Positions 1 to 10,500 of a stretch of 20,000 bases of DNA are shown here, piece by piece. A program made the position numbers and the translations under genes. This stretch comes from Spirogloea muscicola (taxonomy: Eukaryota): the NCBI GenBank assembly GCA_009602725.1, contig WELB01000001.1, positions 2,225,759 through 2,245,758 on the forward strand, in the 5' to 3' direction. Within the stretch, counting starts at the first letter, position 1; every line of letters begins with the position of its first letter. The notes beneath the pieces were generated by a model. It saw only the letters and a program-made list of their open reading frames with translations, was not told where the DNA came from and ran no database searches.

Positions 1-180
1 GAAGCCCAGTAATAGTGCAATGCATTTTCCTGCAGTGACGTAGTTTGGTGTCATTTTCTCGAGTAGAAAGCACTAGAGTTGCCACATAGATTTCACGGTC
101 CGAAAAGCCCTGGTTAACACAATCTGGTTGACAAAATGTGCTGTTTCACAATATCAACAACTTTTCTCGCTTGCAAATAG

Positions 181-1862
181 GTGACTACATCAAAGCTCAT
201 GGACTGGAACGAGGGGACATTGTTGAGTTTTGCCGGTCTACCCATGGGCACTTGGTACTTCATCTGGCCTAGTGCATTCATATGCCGTCCTGTATGTACA
301 ATAATATAGATATCTTGAAGGCCATGGAAGAGATTAGCAACATAAGGACTCTTCTCGCCGTCGGTCATAGCTAAGCGTGACACTCTTCGGTCATGTGCAG
401 GGGAGTGAAGCATTTGGCAATGGAAGCAGGGCCGCCTGACTTTTTGCTGTAGAAGGCAAGTTGCTTGAACACCGGCGATGATGTTTACATACACTAATGC
501 AGGTGCTCCAGGAAAAGAAAGGCGACCACAAGGAGTTCACGAAAGCGCCCTCAAGAGGACAACCTCTGTCAACGACAAAGCAAGCCTCGGGGTACGGACT
601 GAAGAGGAAGGCACCTCCAACAGCGTCCAGTGTCCCGCTGGACCACCATCTCGAGGACAGGGCTTTCCAGGCGTGGCTGGACAGCGGCTCTCGCAGGTTG
701 CCAGGAGCTTTGTCTGCGCTGTCTGCCAGCAAGAGCACCAGCCACGCCGACTTTGGAAGCTCGGCACTGCTGCCCGGGCACCACTGTGCACGGCAGTACA
801 GCGGCAACTGCAAGCTGGATCAGCTGTTCCAAGATTCGCCAGACGCCCCGCGCTGCTCTCTGGAAATGGGCCAGGGCTCCTTCACAATCAACATGGCAAT
901 GGAGCAAGACACTGCAGCTGAGGCGTTCCTGGACGGGTACCAGCTTGCGTGCGACCTGGACAAGCGGAGCACGTCGCCAGTCAAGGCCGACCTGATGGAA
1001 CTTGATTGGGAGGTCGATCAGAAGCAGGTCGTCAAGCAGGAGCACATGCAGGCTGCTGGGGTCCTCTCCGACTTAGCCTGCAAGCATGCCGAGGACGACG
1101 AAGAGGACCTCGTCGCCGAGCTGGTCCAGGAACCTCTCACATCACACAACGGACTGTCAGGTCTGGACGATCACTTGCTTTTAGGGGTTCACGTATCATC
1201 TGTTGCACAGACGGCATGGACTATATAAGAGATGGTAGGCTCTAGCTGATGTTCAATGCACCTCCTTGCCATTCAGAACGCAAGATGCGGACACAGGATC
1301 TCATATCCTTGCAGGCAAGGTAACAGCAACCGCTGCCTGTAGCACGAGGACAGAGTGCTTGCTGTCAGGTTACCTGAAATTCCACGAGATGAGCAAGTCC
1401 TGCGTTTTCTGCCCACATGCAGATCTCCCGACGTGGCTGCCGCTGGTACCACTGGATATATGCACTTCGCCGCCGTGCCCGCTAATGCAGCAGGATGAGG
1501 TGCCACTGAGGGCCAAGGAGCTGGTGCTGCCCAGCACGGAGGCGTGCTTGGAGATGCTCGGCATCTCGGCAGAGGGGGCTCCGACAGGTCAGCTGGACAG
1601 GCCTCCTGCGGAGGCAGACGAGATGACATCCGTGAGTGGTGATGTGTCGCCGGCAGCCGGCATGGCTGCTGTCCCGCAGGCGCCAGCGGAGGTCAACAAC
1701 GTAGCTAGGGATGACAGGGAGGGGGGTGCTGGCGCCGCTGCCATGCTGTCGGAGGCAGGTCTGCCAACGGACATGAAGGAGGTGGTGCTACTGAGCGAGG
1801 TGCATCGAGCGCTGGAGGCAGCAAGCGACTTGGAGGAGGCCTGCAACGCTGGCTTAGACTGA
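181..1862 (+). CDS. B3 DNA-binding domain transcription factor (ABI3/LAV-like), 3' exons only; 5' exons lie upstream of the window
   Basis: Exon 181-254 (tag|GT...TTG|gtac, phase 1 to phase 0) encodes GDYIKAHGLERGDIVEFCRSTHGHL. It splices in frame to the exon starting at 503 (ctaatgcag|GTG; VLQEKK...). This resembles the B3 C-terminal segment GDFVxxNGLQEGDxIVxY..GKY|LIRG of ABI3/FUS3/LEC2, with the same intron phases as I recall them. The exon from 503 ends at 1160 or 1192 (donor uncertain). The last exon runs from 1491/1494 (ctaatgcag[cag]|) to TGA 1862 and is an acidic low-complexity tail. KRKAPP is a possible NLS. Confidence 0.6.
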
Positions 1863-2589
1863 CCGCATCGCGGCCACCTGAGCAATGAAGCAAGCTGCAG
1901 ATGACAAGCTGAGGGGCCCAGCCGCCATGCTTAGTCGAAGCAGCCAGCTGAGCACACCAATGCCCTCACAATCTGCAGCAGAGCGAAGTAGCTTCGACAG
2001 GCACTCACCACGGTCGTGCCTTCGGCAATCAGGCTGTGCATATCTTCCAGCTCGATGGACATTAGTGCCTCCATTGGTCATGGAAGCTGGAATAAGAAGA
2101 CGGGCTTGAAGGACCCATGGCCAGGCAGACCGCAGTAGACAATTGCTGGCAGTAGCAACTTGCCTGCATCTCGAGACTACTTTAATTGTCAGCAATAACA
2201 TATCTGTACCATGTCTAACAGAGTCAAGCATGAAAGAAGACGATGTGACAACTCTTGAAAACGACAAACTTATATTTGAGACTAAGCTCAGCATTTGGCA
2301 TTGGCCCCGCGTTTGGAACCGGGCCCAACTTCTTTTGGTTGATTCCATGATTTCATCTCATTCTTGGATGGCAGCCTGGTCTTGGGCTTGCAGTTGGCAC
2401 TGCTATTGTCTCGGGTACCGGCGTTTCTATGGTTGGCTGGCGGATCGGTCATACAAGCCACGAAGCACGGAGCAGCAAAATAAACAACATAAAGTCAAGC
2501 TAAGGGCAGCAAACGGGGCCATGCTTGCTTTGGCTTTCCTGAACAGAGTGTTTGTTTCATGCGGCCTCCTTTGCTTCATGCACACCGAG

Positions 2590-2770
2590 CGCCGTTTCTT
2601 TCTCCCTTTGGCAAGAGCTGCTTCTTTCCCTGTTGAGCAGCCGGAGGTCAGAGAAACTAGTTCCTGGCTTCGGGTCCCTGTCTATAGCCAGAGGTTGCAG
2701 CCACGGCGCGATCAGGACGCAGATCACGCGCGTATGCCTTCGGACCGCTGCGGCAAAGCAGACGGGAAGG
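2590..2770 (-). mobile_element. Degraded non-LTR retrotransposon C-terminal fragment (minus), abutting a plus-strand 3'-tip remnant
   Basis: The minus strand of about 2615-2660 reads SFSDLRLLNRE, matching the family terminus SDLRLLSRGY*/SDLLLLTRGY*/TDLRLLTRGW seen at 2958-2995, 3280-3314 and 15293-15325. Bases 2602-2620 (ccctttggcaagagctgcttc) resemble the 3' tip at 15425-15450. Confidence 0.5.
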
Positions 2771-2818
2771 GTACTGCGGCAACACCAACTGCCACATGCG
2801 ACGCAGCTGGGCTGGAAC

Positions 2819-2995
2819 AAGAAGGAGAAAGTGCTCGCCCATTGAGAATAGGGGCTGGAAAAGCCAGCCCAAAAAAGAATGAACAGAGGACGAGAAGGGG
2901 GCCAGGGAAGCGCTACAAAAAACAAGCAAACAGAGAAATAAAGCAGCTACAAATCACTCAGTAACCTCTGCTAAGCAGCCGCAGGTCGGAGATGC
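2819..2995 (-). mobile_element. 3' end (last codons plus 3' UTR) of an RLE-type non-LTR retrotransposon, minus strand
   Basis: The minus strand encodes ISDLRLLSRGY* (stop at 2958-2960), followed by a 3' UTR. Its terminal 55 nt (2831-2885) match 3399-3452 in reverse complement with about 5 differences. Confidence 0.75.
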
Positions 2996-3002
2996 TGGGC
3001 TC

Positions 3003-3458
3003 GTGGAAGTGGGTCCCCTGGCCCACAGAGCCAGAGGCAGCAGCAAGGGCTCTGGCAGTGGCTGGTTGGATCTCCTCCAGCGGCTTGCCCGGGAGGCCAT
3101 CGAGCGGCGGCAGGGTTCGCCAGGCTTCAATGCTGCCGGCTCCCTCTCGCAGGTCTTTCGGATGAGGCTGGCGGTCTCGCTGCAGCGCTGTTTGGCTCAT
3201 GCGGTCCACGCGCGGGCTGGCCGTGCTATGGCTGCTGCTCCCGGGTCTCGGCAAAGTGCCGCTTCTCCTGCTCCGAGTTACTCTGATCTGCTGTTGCTCA
3301 CACGTGGGTACTGAGCAGCCATCTGCATCTCCCTCTGCACCATCTTGCACTTTGTAGTGTAGTCCTTTTTCAGCACCTCTTTCTTTGGCTTTGAACATTG
3401 TCCATTCTTTTTGGGTTGGCTTTGCCAGCCCCTCTTCTCAATGGGCGAGCACCTTCTT
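3003..3458 (+). mobile_element. 5'-truncated non-LTR retrotransposon 3' end (post-RLE C-terminus plus 3' UTR)
   Basis: ORF 3003-3314 (WLDLLQRLAREAIERR...FRMRLAVSLQRCLAHAVHAR...SDLLLLTRGY*) has the R-L-A/S-V-x-L-Q-R terminus typical of RLE-type (CRE-like) elements. It aligns with the decayed tail at 15075-15325 (WLAVL*RFVRRAINRGQ..LPGFIVAG). A T-rich 3' UTR follows to 3458. Confidence 0.8.
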
Positions 3459-3572
3459 CTGGAACTCCCGCCGCCTGTCTCGGCTCGCCAACTGAACGAC
3501 CTACGAGGCCTGGAAAAGGCGAAGCTTGCGCCCGACACGCGGCAGCAGAGACGGCCCCCGCGAAACGGCCGG

Positions 3573-3580
3573 GCATATTC
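3573..3580 (+). promoter_or_regulatory. Candidate P1BS (GNATATNC, PHR1-type binding site) upstream of the purple acid phosphatase
   Basis: GCATATTC sits 81-88 nt upstream of ATG 3661 in GC-rich context, with CCACGTCA (ACGT core) at about 3589. The same 8-mer also occurs at 17171 and 17698, so chance cannot be excluded. Confidence 0.4.
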
Positions 3581-3660
3581 CCCTGGCGCCACGTCACAGC
3601 TCCCTCTCTCTCCGGCCAGCCGCCCCTTTGCCGCCGTCTCCGCCCGCCGCCGTCGCCGCC

Positions 3661-6172
3661 ATGGCGTGCCGCGACGGCGACGGCGCCGCCAGCCCTCCGC
3701 TCGCGGCCGCTGCCGCCNNNNNNNNNNNNNNNNNNNNNNNNNNNNNNNNNNNNNNNNNNNNNNNNNNNNNNNNNNNNNNNNNNNNNNNNNNNNNNNNNNN
3801 NNNNNNNNNNNNNNNNNNNNNNNNNNNNNNNNNNNNNNNNNNNNNNNNNNNNNNNNNNNNNNNNNNNNNNNNNNNNNNNNNNNNNNNNNNNNNNNNNNNN
3901 NNNNNNNNNNNNNNNNNNNNNNNNNNNNNNNNNNNNNNNNNNNNNNNNNNNNNNNNNNNNNNNNNNNNNNNNNNNNNNNNNNNNNNNNNNNNNNNNNNNN
4001 NNNNNNNNNNNNNNNNNNNNNNNNNNNNNNNNNNNNNNNNNNNNNNNNNNNNNNNNNNNNNNNNNNNNNNNNNNNNNNNNNNNNNNNNNNNNNNNNNNNN
4101 NNNNNNNNNNNNNNNNNNNNNNNNNNNNNNNNNNNNNNNNNNNNNNNNNNNNNNNNNNNNNNNNNNNNNNNNNNNNNNNNNNNNNNNNNNNNNNNNNNNN
4201 NNNNNNNNNNNNNNNNNNNNNNNNNNNNNNNNNNNNNNNNNNNNNNNNNNNNNNNNNNNNNNNNNNNNNNNNNNNNNNNNNNNNNNNNNNNNNNNNNNNN
4301 NNNNNNNNNNNNNNNNCCGGGACTTCCGGTGGTTCCTGCAGAGGAGCTATGTCCTCAAGAAGTCCCTGTGTGGAATTCTAGAAGGTATATGCCTGTCCTC
4401 TGAAGCTATATCTTCAGAAACTTCCTGTATGGGAACTGGAGAAGGCACAATTAGGACGCTAGGGTACACAGTGGGAGCTGCCGTGCTTCCAGGGTGCTGT
4501 CAGTATCTGCATGTACTTAACTCGCCAGGACTGCAGCATGTTGAACTTAGCAGTAAGTACTGTAGTCGTTCCCTTTTGTACAAAAGAGGGTGGGTTGTTA
4601 TGCTTTGGCAAGTTGCTATGCCAGTCTATCAGGCCATGTCAGTCTAGCATGTATGCCCTTTAGTATGTGACTCGGTTCCAAATGACAGGAAATATATGGT
4701 CAACCCTAATCTTAAGATCCCTAAATGAGAACCCCTGGAGGGGGGGGAGGGGGGGTTGGGGGGGGGTGATGAGGTGGGGTGGGGGGGACCTAGCTAGCTG
4801 CTCTTGGCTAAGTCCTAATGGCGAAGTTGCTTTGCAGAAAGCAGTGTGCTGAATGGAGGTTGTTTAGTAGCTTCTTGCTAACTCAGTACTATCTGACTGG
4901 GTGCAGAGTGTGATGAAACCGTCGACTTTTTCTTCTATGACACCTCTCCCTTTGTTAGCGAATATCACCACAAGAACTATAAAGAACATATGATGGACTG
5001 GAGGGGTTTAAAGAGCGACAACTGGACGGCTCAGCTTAATGCACAAGTGGAGGTAGGAATTCACATTGCCATCTTTGGAGAGTTATTCCGAGATACTGCT
5101 CCTTGTTGACATTGTTGGGTTGATTTATCTTGAGTCTCAATTGTCCATGTCAGGTGAGCTGGACCCTTAGAAAGTGCAGCCAAGCATTAAAGATCCAACA
5201 GTTAGAAGCAAGGCATGCAGTTTGTTAACTAACACAGTCATGTGTTAGTGCTTGCATCCAATAGCGACAAGGCTGAACATGCAATTTGCTTACTTGTGAA
5301 GTCAACGCTGCATGGTGTGAGACAAAGCTGTTCTCGTTTGTCTTAGCAGGAGCTAAGAGAGGCGCTTAACCAGTCCAGAGGCAGATTCAAGATAGTTATT
5401 GGTCACCATCCTATTTTCAGCTACGGCCACCATGGTGACACTGAAGAGCTAGTTGACCAGATCTCACCTTTATTGGAGGTGCATGCCCCGCTGTTCAGCG
5501 CATGCTGGCATGCCTGCGTCATATTATGTCACTCATGCGGTTTCACAGAAAGCTGGAACTGTTGAGGCAAATATATCTCCATTTTGTCGCCAGGATAAGG
5601 GGATTTCCAAGTAGAAGCTGCGAATCTGCACATGCACTCCTCTCCACCTCCGTTTTAAATTGTTCCTTCTCACCTTCTGTGAACTTTGCAGGAGTACAAG
5701 GTAGATCTGTACATGAATGGCCATGATCACGACTTGCAACATGTGAAGAAACCAGACAGGTGTACAGGATGCACCATCTTGATGATTCGCTGACACACCC
5801 ATGTGTGTCTTTTTAGTGCTTGAAGTATTGCCTGCAGTTGAAGCTCTTCTGAGCATGGAATGAGATCGTTGTTGTCAATATAGCTGAGCTCAAAGTTATG
5901 CCGCTATTTTGAGCAGGTACACTCATTTCATCAACTGCGGAGGTGGATCCAAAGCTTGGCACCATGGTGACCCTCGCCTGCCAGACGATCAATACCCCAA
6001 AGATCTCAAGTACTTCTACAACGGCCAGGGTTTTGCATCCCTACTAGTGACCAGGGAGGAGCTGCGTCTCCACTTTCACACGCTTGAGGATGACACAGCA
6101 TACAGTTTACGCCTCGATAGCGACAGGAGGACAGACATGAGGAGAGGCAGCCATGGACTTCTATTGGCCTAG
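3661..6172 (+). CDS. Small (type 5 / PAP17-like) purple acid phosphatase, metallophosphoesterase; middle exons hidden in the assembly gap
   Basis: Probable start gccgccATGG at 3661, running into the Ns. Visible exons: <=4317-4384 (RDFRWFLQRSYVLKKSLCGILE); 4907-5052 (CDETVDFFFYDTSPFV...DWRG); 5350-5478 (KIVIGHHPIFSYGHHGDTEELV); 5692-5759 (VDLYMNGHDHDLQH); 5917-6172 (FINCGGGSKAW...YFYNGQGF, TAG). All junctions are GT-AG and phase-consistent. The metal-ligand motifs VxGHHP and GHDH are present. Linking the 3661 start to this gene is inference. Confidence 0.92.
3718..4316. other. Assembly gap (599 N)
   Basis: Run of N. It must cover the phosphatase exons carrying the DxG, GDxxY and GNH motifs. 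Confidence 1.
4737..4787 (+). repeat. G-rich tract (putative G-quadruplex) in a phosphatase intron
   Basis: Five G runs of 4-9 nt with short loops, preceded by degenerate aaccctaa/ccctaaa motifs at about 4702-4725. Confidence 0.6.
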
Positions 6173-6496
6173 TCTGACAGGCATCCAGGCTGTCTATCTA
6201 CAAGCTCCAATAGGTACATTTAAAGTTAAGCAGTCACCAATAGCAGTCAAGGCTAGTTGCATTCATGTCATGTTTGCTCCTAAGGGGAAGGAGGCAGAAG
6301 AGGCCAGCCCAACAGCAAGAATAGAGTTTGGCGAGCAGCACCAATAGCAGAAGTTGTCTGATGTAGCATCATCCACAGATACTGCAAATGACTCTTAGCT
6401 TGTAGACTCGCAGGGAGTGTCTGACAACGCCCACCAATCCCACCTCCCATCCTCTCTAGGGTCCAGTTTTCTCCACATTCTTTGCAATTATTTATT

Positions 6497-6580
6497 GCCT
6501 GGGCTTGGGAGCTGCGCTCTCACATTATCAATCATTCTTAGCCTGGGCCTGGGAGCTGTGCTCTCACATTAACAGTCATT
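6497..6580 (+). repeat. Tandem duplication, 44-bp period, 2 copies
   Basis: gcctgggcttgggagctgcgctctcacattatcaatcatt (6497) versus gcctgggcctgggagctgtgctctcacattaacagtcatt (6541). Confidence 0.9.
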
Positions 6581-7309
6581 TCACGCACTTCGGCTGGCCT
6601 CCATATCCACTCTACAAATTGGTGAGAGCTTGCTAACTGTCTCGCAAACATATGACTACCTTTTTGTGAATATCAGCTAATGATTTGTCTTTAGGACAAT
6701 AAGGAAAAGCCTGAAGCTCTTGTCCCCCTTGTTGTGATATATGCCCACGTGTTCTATGTCTACATCTAGACCCATGGGTTTCGGAAATAGGTGTGAAATA
6801 TTCTCCATAACATTGTGTGCTTTCACACAAGCTGTTGCTTTACATATGGTGTCGATCCTCCAATTCGATGGTAGAATCTTGAGAGCTCATAGATAGTTGT
6901 CACTCAGGAAGCATGTACTGAACTTTGTGCCTCAGAAGCACCTCCTACTGTATCTCTCAAAGCTGTCTATAGTGGCCAATGCATGCACTCTGTATGCTAC
7001 ATCAATCATGGTCTAATTGTGACAGTTTTCACGCCTTCTGCTCTCACCTCTGCTCTAGTTTCGTTTGTCGGCAATGTGATGTACCTCACATATCATTGTT
7101 CTGAATTGGCTTATGACGTGGTTTGGCACCCGACACTATATGGCATGACAGCTGCTTCTCAGTACCTGGGCATGGAGAGCTGGATATCATATTGATGGGC
7201 AGAGGACAAACGAGAACGAGCCTCGTTGAAGCTCGTGTCTGTGTGCAGATCAGCTTCACTGGACGGATTCTAGCACCAGCTGCACCCACAAATTGCCTGC
7301 CTGAAGGAG

Positions 7310-7470
7310 CAAACAGCTAGGCATACCAAGACTTGACAAAAGCTGCCCACAAAGCAATGACAAGGCTGCCTGTGGCACAAAGTGATGCAAAACCCGCAAG
7401 CAAGCCCAACAGGGCTTAGCCTCCAAGTCAAGCCTCAGGACCCCTAACGTAGTCAGGAGTGGTCAGACCC
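7310..7470 (-). mobile_element. Old, degraded 3' end of the same retrotransposon family
   Basis: The reverse complement of 7333-7364 (cttgtcattgctttgtgggcagcttttgtcaa) resembles 15385-15416 (cttgtccattctttgtgagctggcttttcaca). The reverse complement of about 7435-7470 (tctgacc...ctgact..aggggtcctgag) resembles the SDLRLLTRG-stop codons. Confidence 0.4.
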
Positions 7471-7586
7471 AAGACAGCCAAAGACCACACGTGTTACCTA
7501 CTAGCGCAACATGCAGCAAGTCTGCAGGGTATAAATAATCACTGCGAAGGAATTCTCCAGCATTAATTATTGCTGTTTAAATAAAA

Positions 7587-10500
7587 TCATAGCTCCCTAT
7601 TTGGTCGAGAAGTTCGCAAGTGATCCTGCAAAACTGCGACCAAAGAATCCACTGCTATGCTACTTTCTGTCCTTTGAATCAAGTCTTTGATTTTCACTTC
7701 CCCCTTGTCTAATTCGTCAGACCCAAACAGCACCATCCATGGGATGCCCTGCCATCAAAAGAACAGTGCTTTCATTACCTTCAATTTGTTTTGATGCTAA
7801 AAAACCTTTCAAGTTACGCTGCAGGGAAGCATATTACATGCAAGTTGGCACGTAAGACATGCCAAGTCGAAGCTACGCTCACACAACTTTGTCTGTCTAT
7901 ACCTATCTGTAGCTTCTTGTTGAGATCGAAGTGCAAGGCACAAAATACCGACATTAAGATTGAGTACTCTTTGCAGGACATGGCATAGGCACACATAAGC
8001 TAATCATTTGTGGCTGACCTGCTTATTAGCAAACTCGAGCTGCTTCTGCAGGTTGGGCGATGCTGCAAACACAAACTCTGCCTTAATTCCTGCTGCCCAG
8101 AGCTTCGTACACAACTCCATACGTTTCCGAAGAAGGTCAGGCCCAATGCTGGCAATCAGTACCTCTGTCTGAGTACTCCGTATCAACTGCAACCAAAGCG
8201 ATATCATGTCTTTCAGCGAGCATAACACGTCAGCTGTATATCATGTTGGGGTCAAAGTCCTGAGTTCCGCAGCACAAGCATTGAGGCATCAGGCAGCAGA
8301 GGGGCTGAGCTACTTTTGCTGCAATTCGGGCCACAACTACATTTCCATAGCGTCATCTACTAAGATCACAACCATCTTCAGTTGTTCGAAGTAAGTAAAC
8401 CATAGTAATCAGAGGACATGGACATCTCCTGATGTAATTGTTGCCATTGCTGTTAAGCTCACTACCTCGCTTCGTTGACACTCAAGATCCTCCATGATAG
8501 AGAACACTCGCTCAATGCCAAGTGAGACACCCACAGCAGGAACCTGTACCCAGATGCCCAAGCACTTGCTCAGAATTGCTGGGGCTATGTGTATCAAGAT
8601 AGCTCATAACACGGAAGAGGCAATGCATACTACATCTAGCAAGCATGACAAACAAACAGGCAAGACATGCTCCTACAGAGGAGCAGTACAAGATTTAGCG
8701 GACGGACATACCTGCTTCCCGCAAAACATGCCGACCAGATTGTCATATCTCCCTCCAGCTGCAATTGATCCTACCTGCTCCATGGGATATGATTTATGTA
8801 GCCAACCAGCATTCCGGCAACAAACATAGCACCTGGTGTTGGCTAAAGATAGGCACACAAATATCAAGCTGGCGGACTGTCATGGTGAAGCTCGTCCCAA
8901 GCTGTATACCTGTGATTCGCCTTTGAAGACAGCCTCGTATATGACTCCAGTGTAATAGTCAAGCCCTCGAGCCAAGCTCAGGTCAAAGACAATGCGGCCC
9001 AGGCATTGAAAGGATTGCAGGTAGCCGAAAAGCAAGAAGAGGTCCTCCAGAGCTGCCAGCGACTCTTTGTGGCCGGCAAATGGCCCGTCAGGAGACCTGA
9101 GCTCCTGCAGAAGCGAGAGTGGCTCGCCCCGCTTGGAGACAAAGGTCCCTATCCTGTCAGCGACATCTACTGGCAGGCCCTTCTCATTCACCTGCCAGAC
9201 CAAGTCGTGAACAAACACCTCAATGGATGTCCCTCTTATCCTTCCACAAGCATGACAGCGGAATGCCGTCTCTTTGCACACTTGGATTACTCGGCATGCA
9301 TGACAACTTGTAGATCTGGCTCTGATTATGGGACTATTACAGGCATGTTGCGAAAAGCCCCACTAGCCTATTGCACCCACTGCTCTCTTGTCAACCCTCT
9401 TTGCACTCGAGCACCGAGGGGCAATGGCATCAGACCATCTCAGCTCGAACATCTTCCCAGGACTCCTTGTCAAGCTTGTCAATAGCTGAGCAGATGGCGC
9501 GGAATCTGGTAGGTGGAACACCGCAAATGTCCAGCATGCCGTCCAGCAATCGTCTGTGGTTCAGCTTTATCTGGAGCACTCTTGATCAGACAATGCTTGC
9601 TTCGTAAGCATCAAGCTTGTAGAAGAGCAAACAAGTACGCATGCCGGCATAGCCATGGCAATGGAGGACACAACTTCCTTGCAGGAAAGCAACGCAGACC
9701 ATCGGGCTCAGGGCTGACCTCAAACTCCCCGATACTGAGCTCCTCCAGGATCTCCGTGATGACTTTGAGGATTTCAGCATCAGGTACCATGGGGATGTAG
9801 GTGCCTGCAATGTCAAAGTCGCACTGGTAGAATTCACGGTATCTACCCTGGTTCATCTGAGGATTATCTCGTCTGTACACCTGCAAATTTGTGGCACACA
9901 ATGAGCAGGTAAGAGAATATTAGTGTGATGGTTAAAAGAGGCTGGGTTACTGCTGGTTACATCTGTTGACATGCAATGAGGGTGCCAGTGAGGCTCACTC
10001 GAGCAATGTGGTACCGCTTGATGTTCCCCACACTGTGCATCGCCAAGTACCTCGCAAAGGGTACTGTCAGGTCGTAGCGTAGGGACAGAATCTCTCCTCC
10101 CTGAGAAGAAATTGATTGGCACGCAAGAGAGACATTCGACATCAACAGGTGCAGGCTTTGCAGTGTCTGCTCTGCAACAGCACTTGACTACTGCCTGGAA
10201 GCGGCACTGAAGAGCTGCAACGTTCATGCTCGCTGGCATGGAAAATCATCTGGACCTGATCTGCGAGGTCATAGATGAGCTTGGAGTCCTCGCCGTACTT
10301 GCCCATGAGGGTTTCCCGCAGCTCGAACACGGGGGTGTCCAGCGCCACGCCCCCGTGACGCTTGAATACAGCCGTAATGATAACAAAGGCCTTCTCGCGG
10401 ATTGCCATCTGGTCCGGCAAGAAATCTCTAGTGCCCTGTATACAAGGAAGAGGCAGTATTACAATGAGCAGTGCTGAGCTTGCAGCAAGGCGCATGATGA

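Noticed and set aside
2143..2964. 273-aa plus-strand ORF
   Set aside because: No recognisable motif, and its 3' half is the antisense of retrotransposon 3'-end fragments.
3398..4647. Three long ORFs (327-373 aa) spanning the N run
   Set aside because: Artefacts of translating the gap. Only 3661-3717 and 4317-4384 are plausibly coding.
6497..6580. 44-bp repeat as a CRISPR-like array
   Set aside because: Only two adjacent copies with no spacer, in eukaryotic DNA; a simple tandem duplication.
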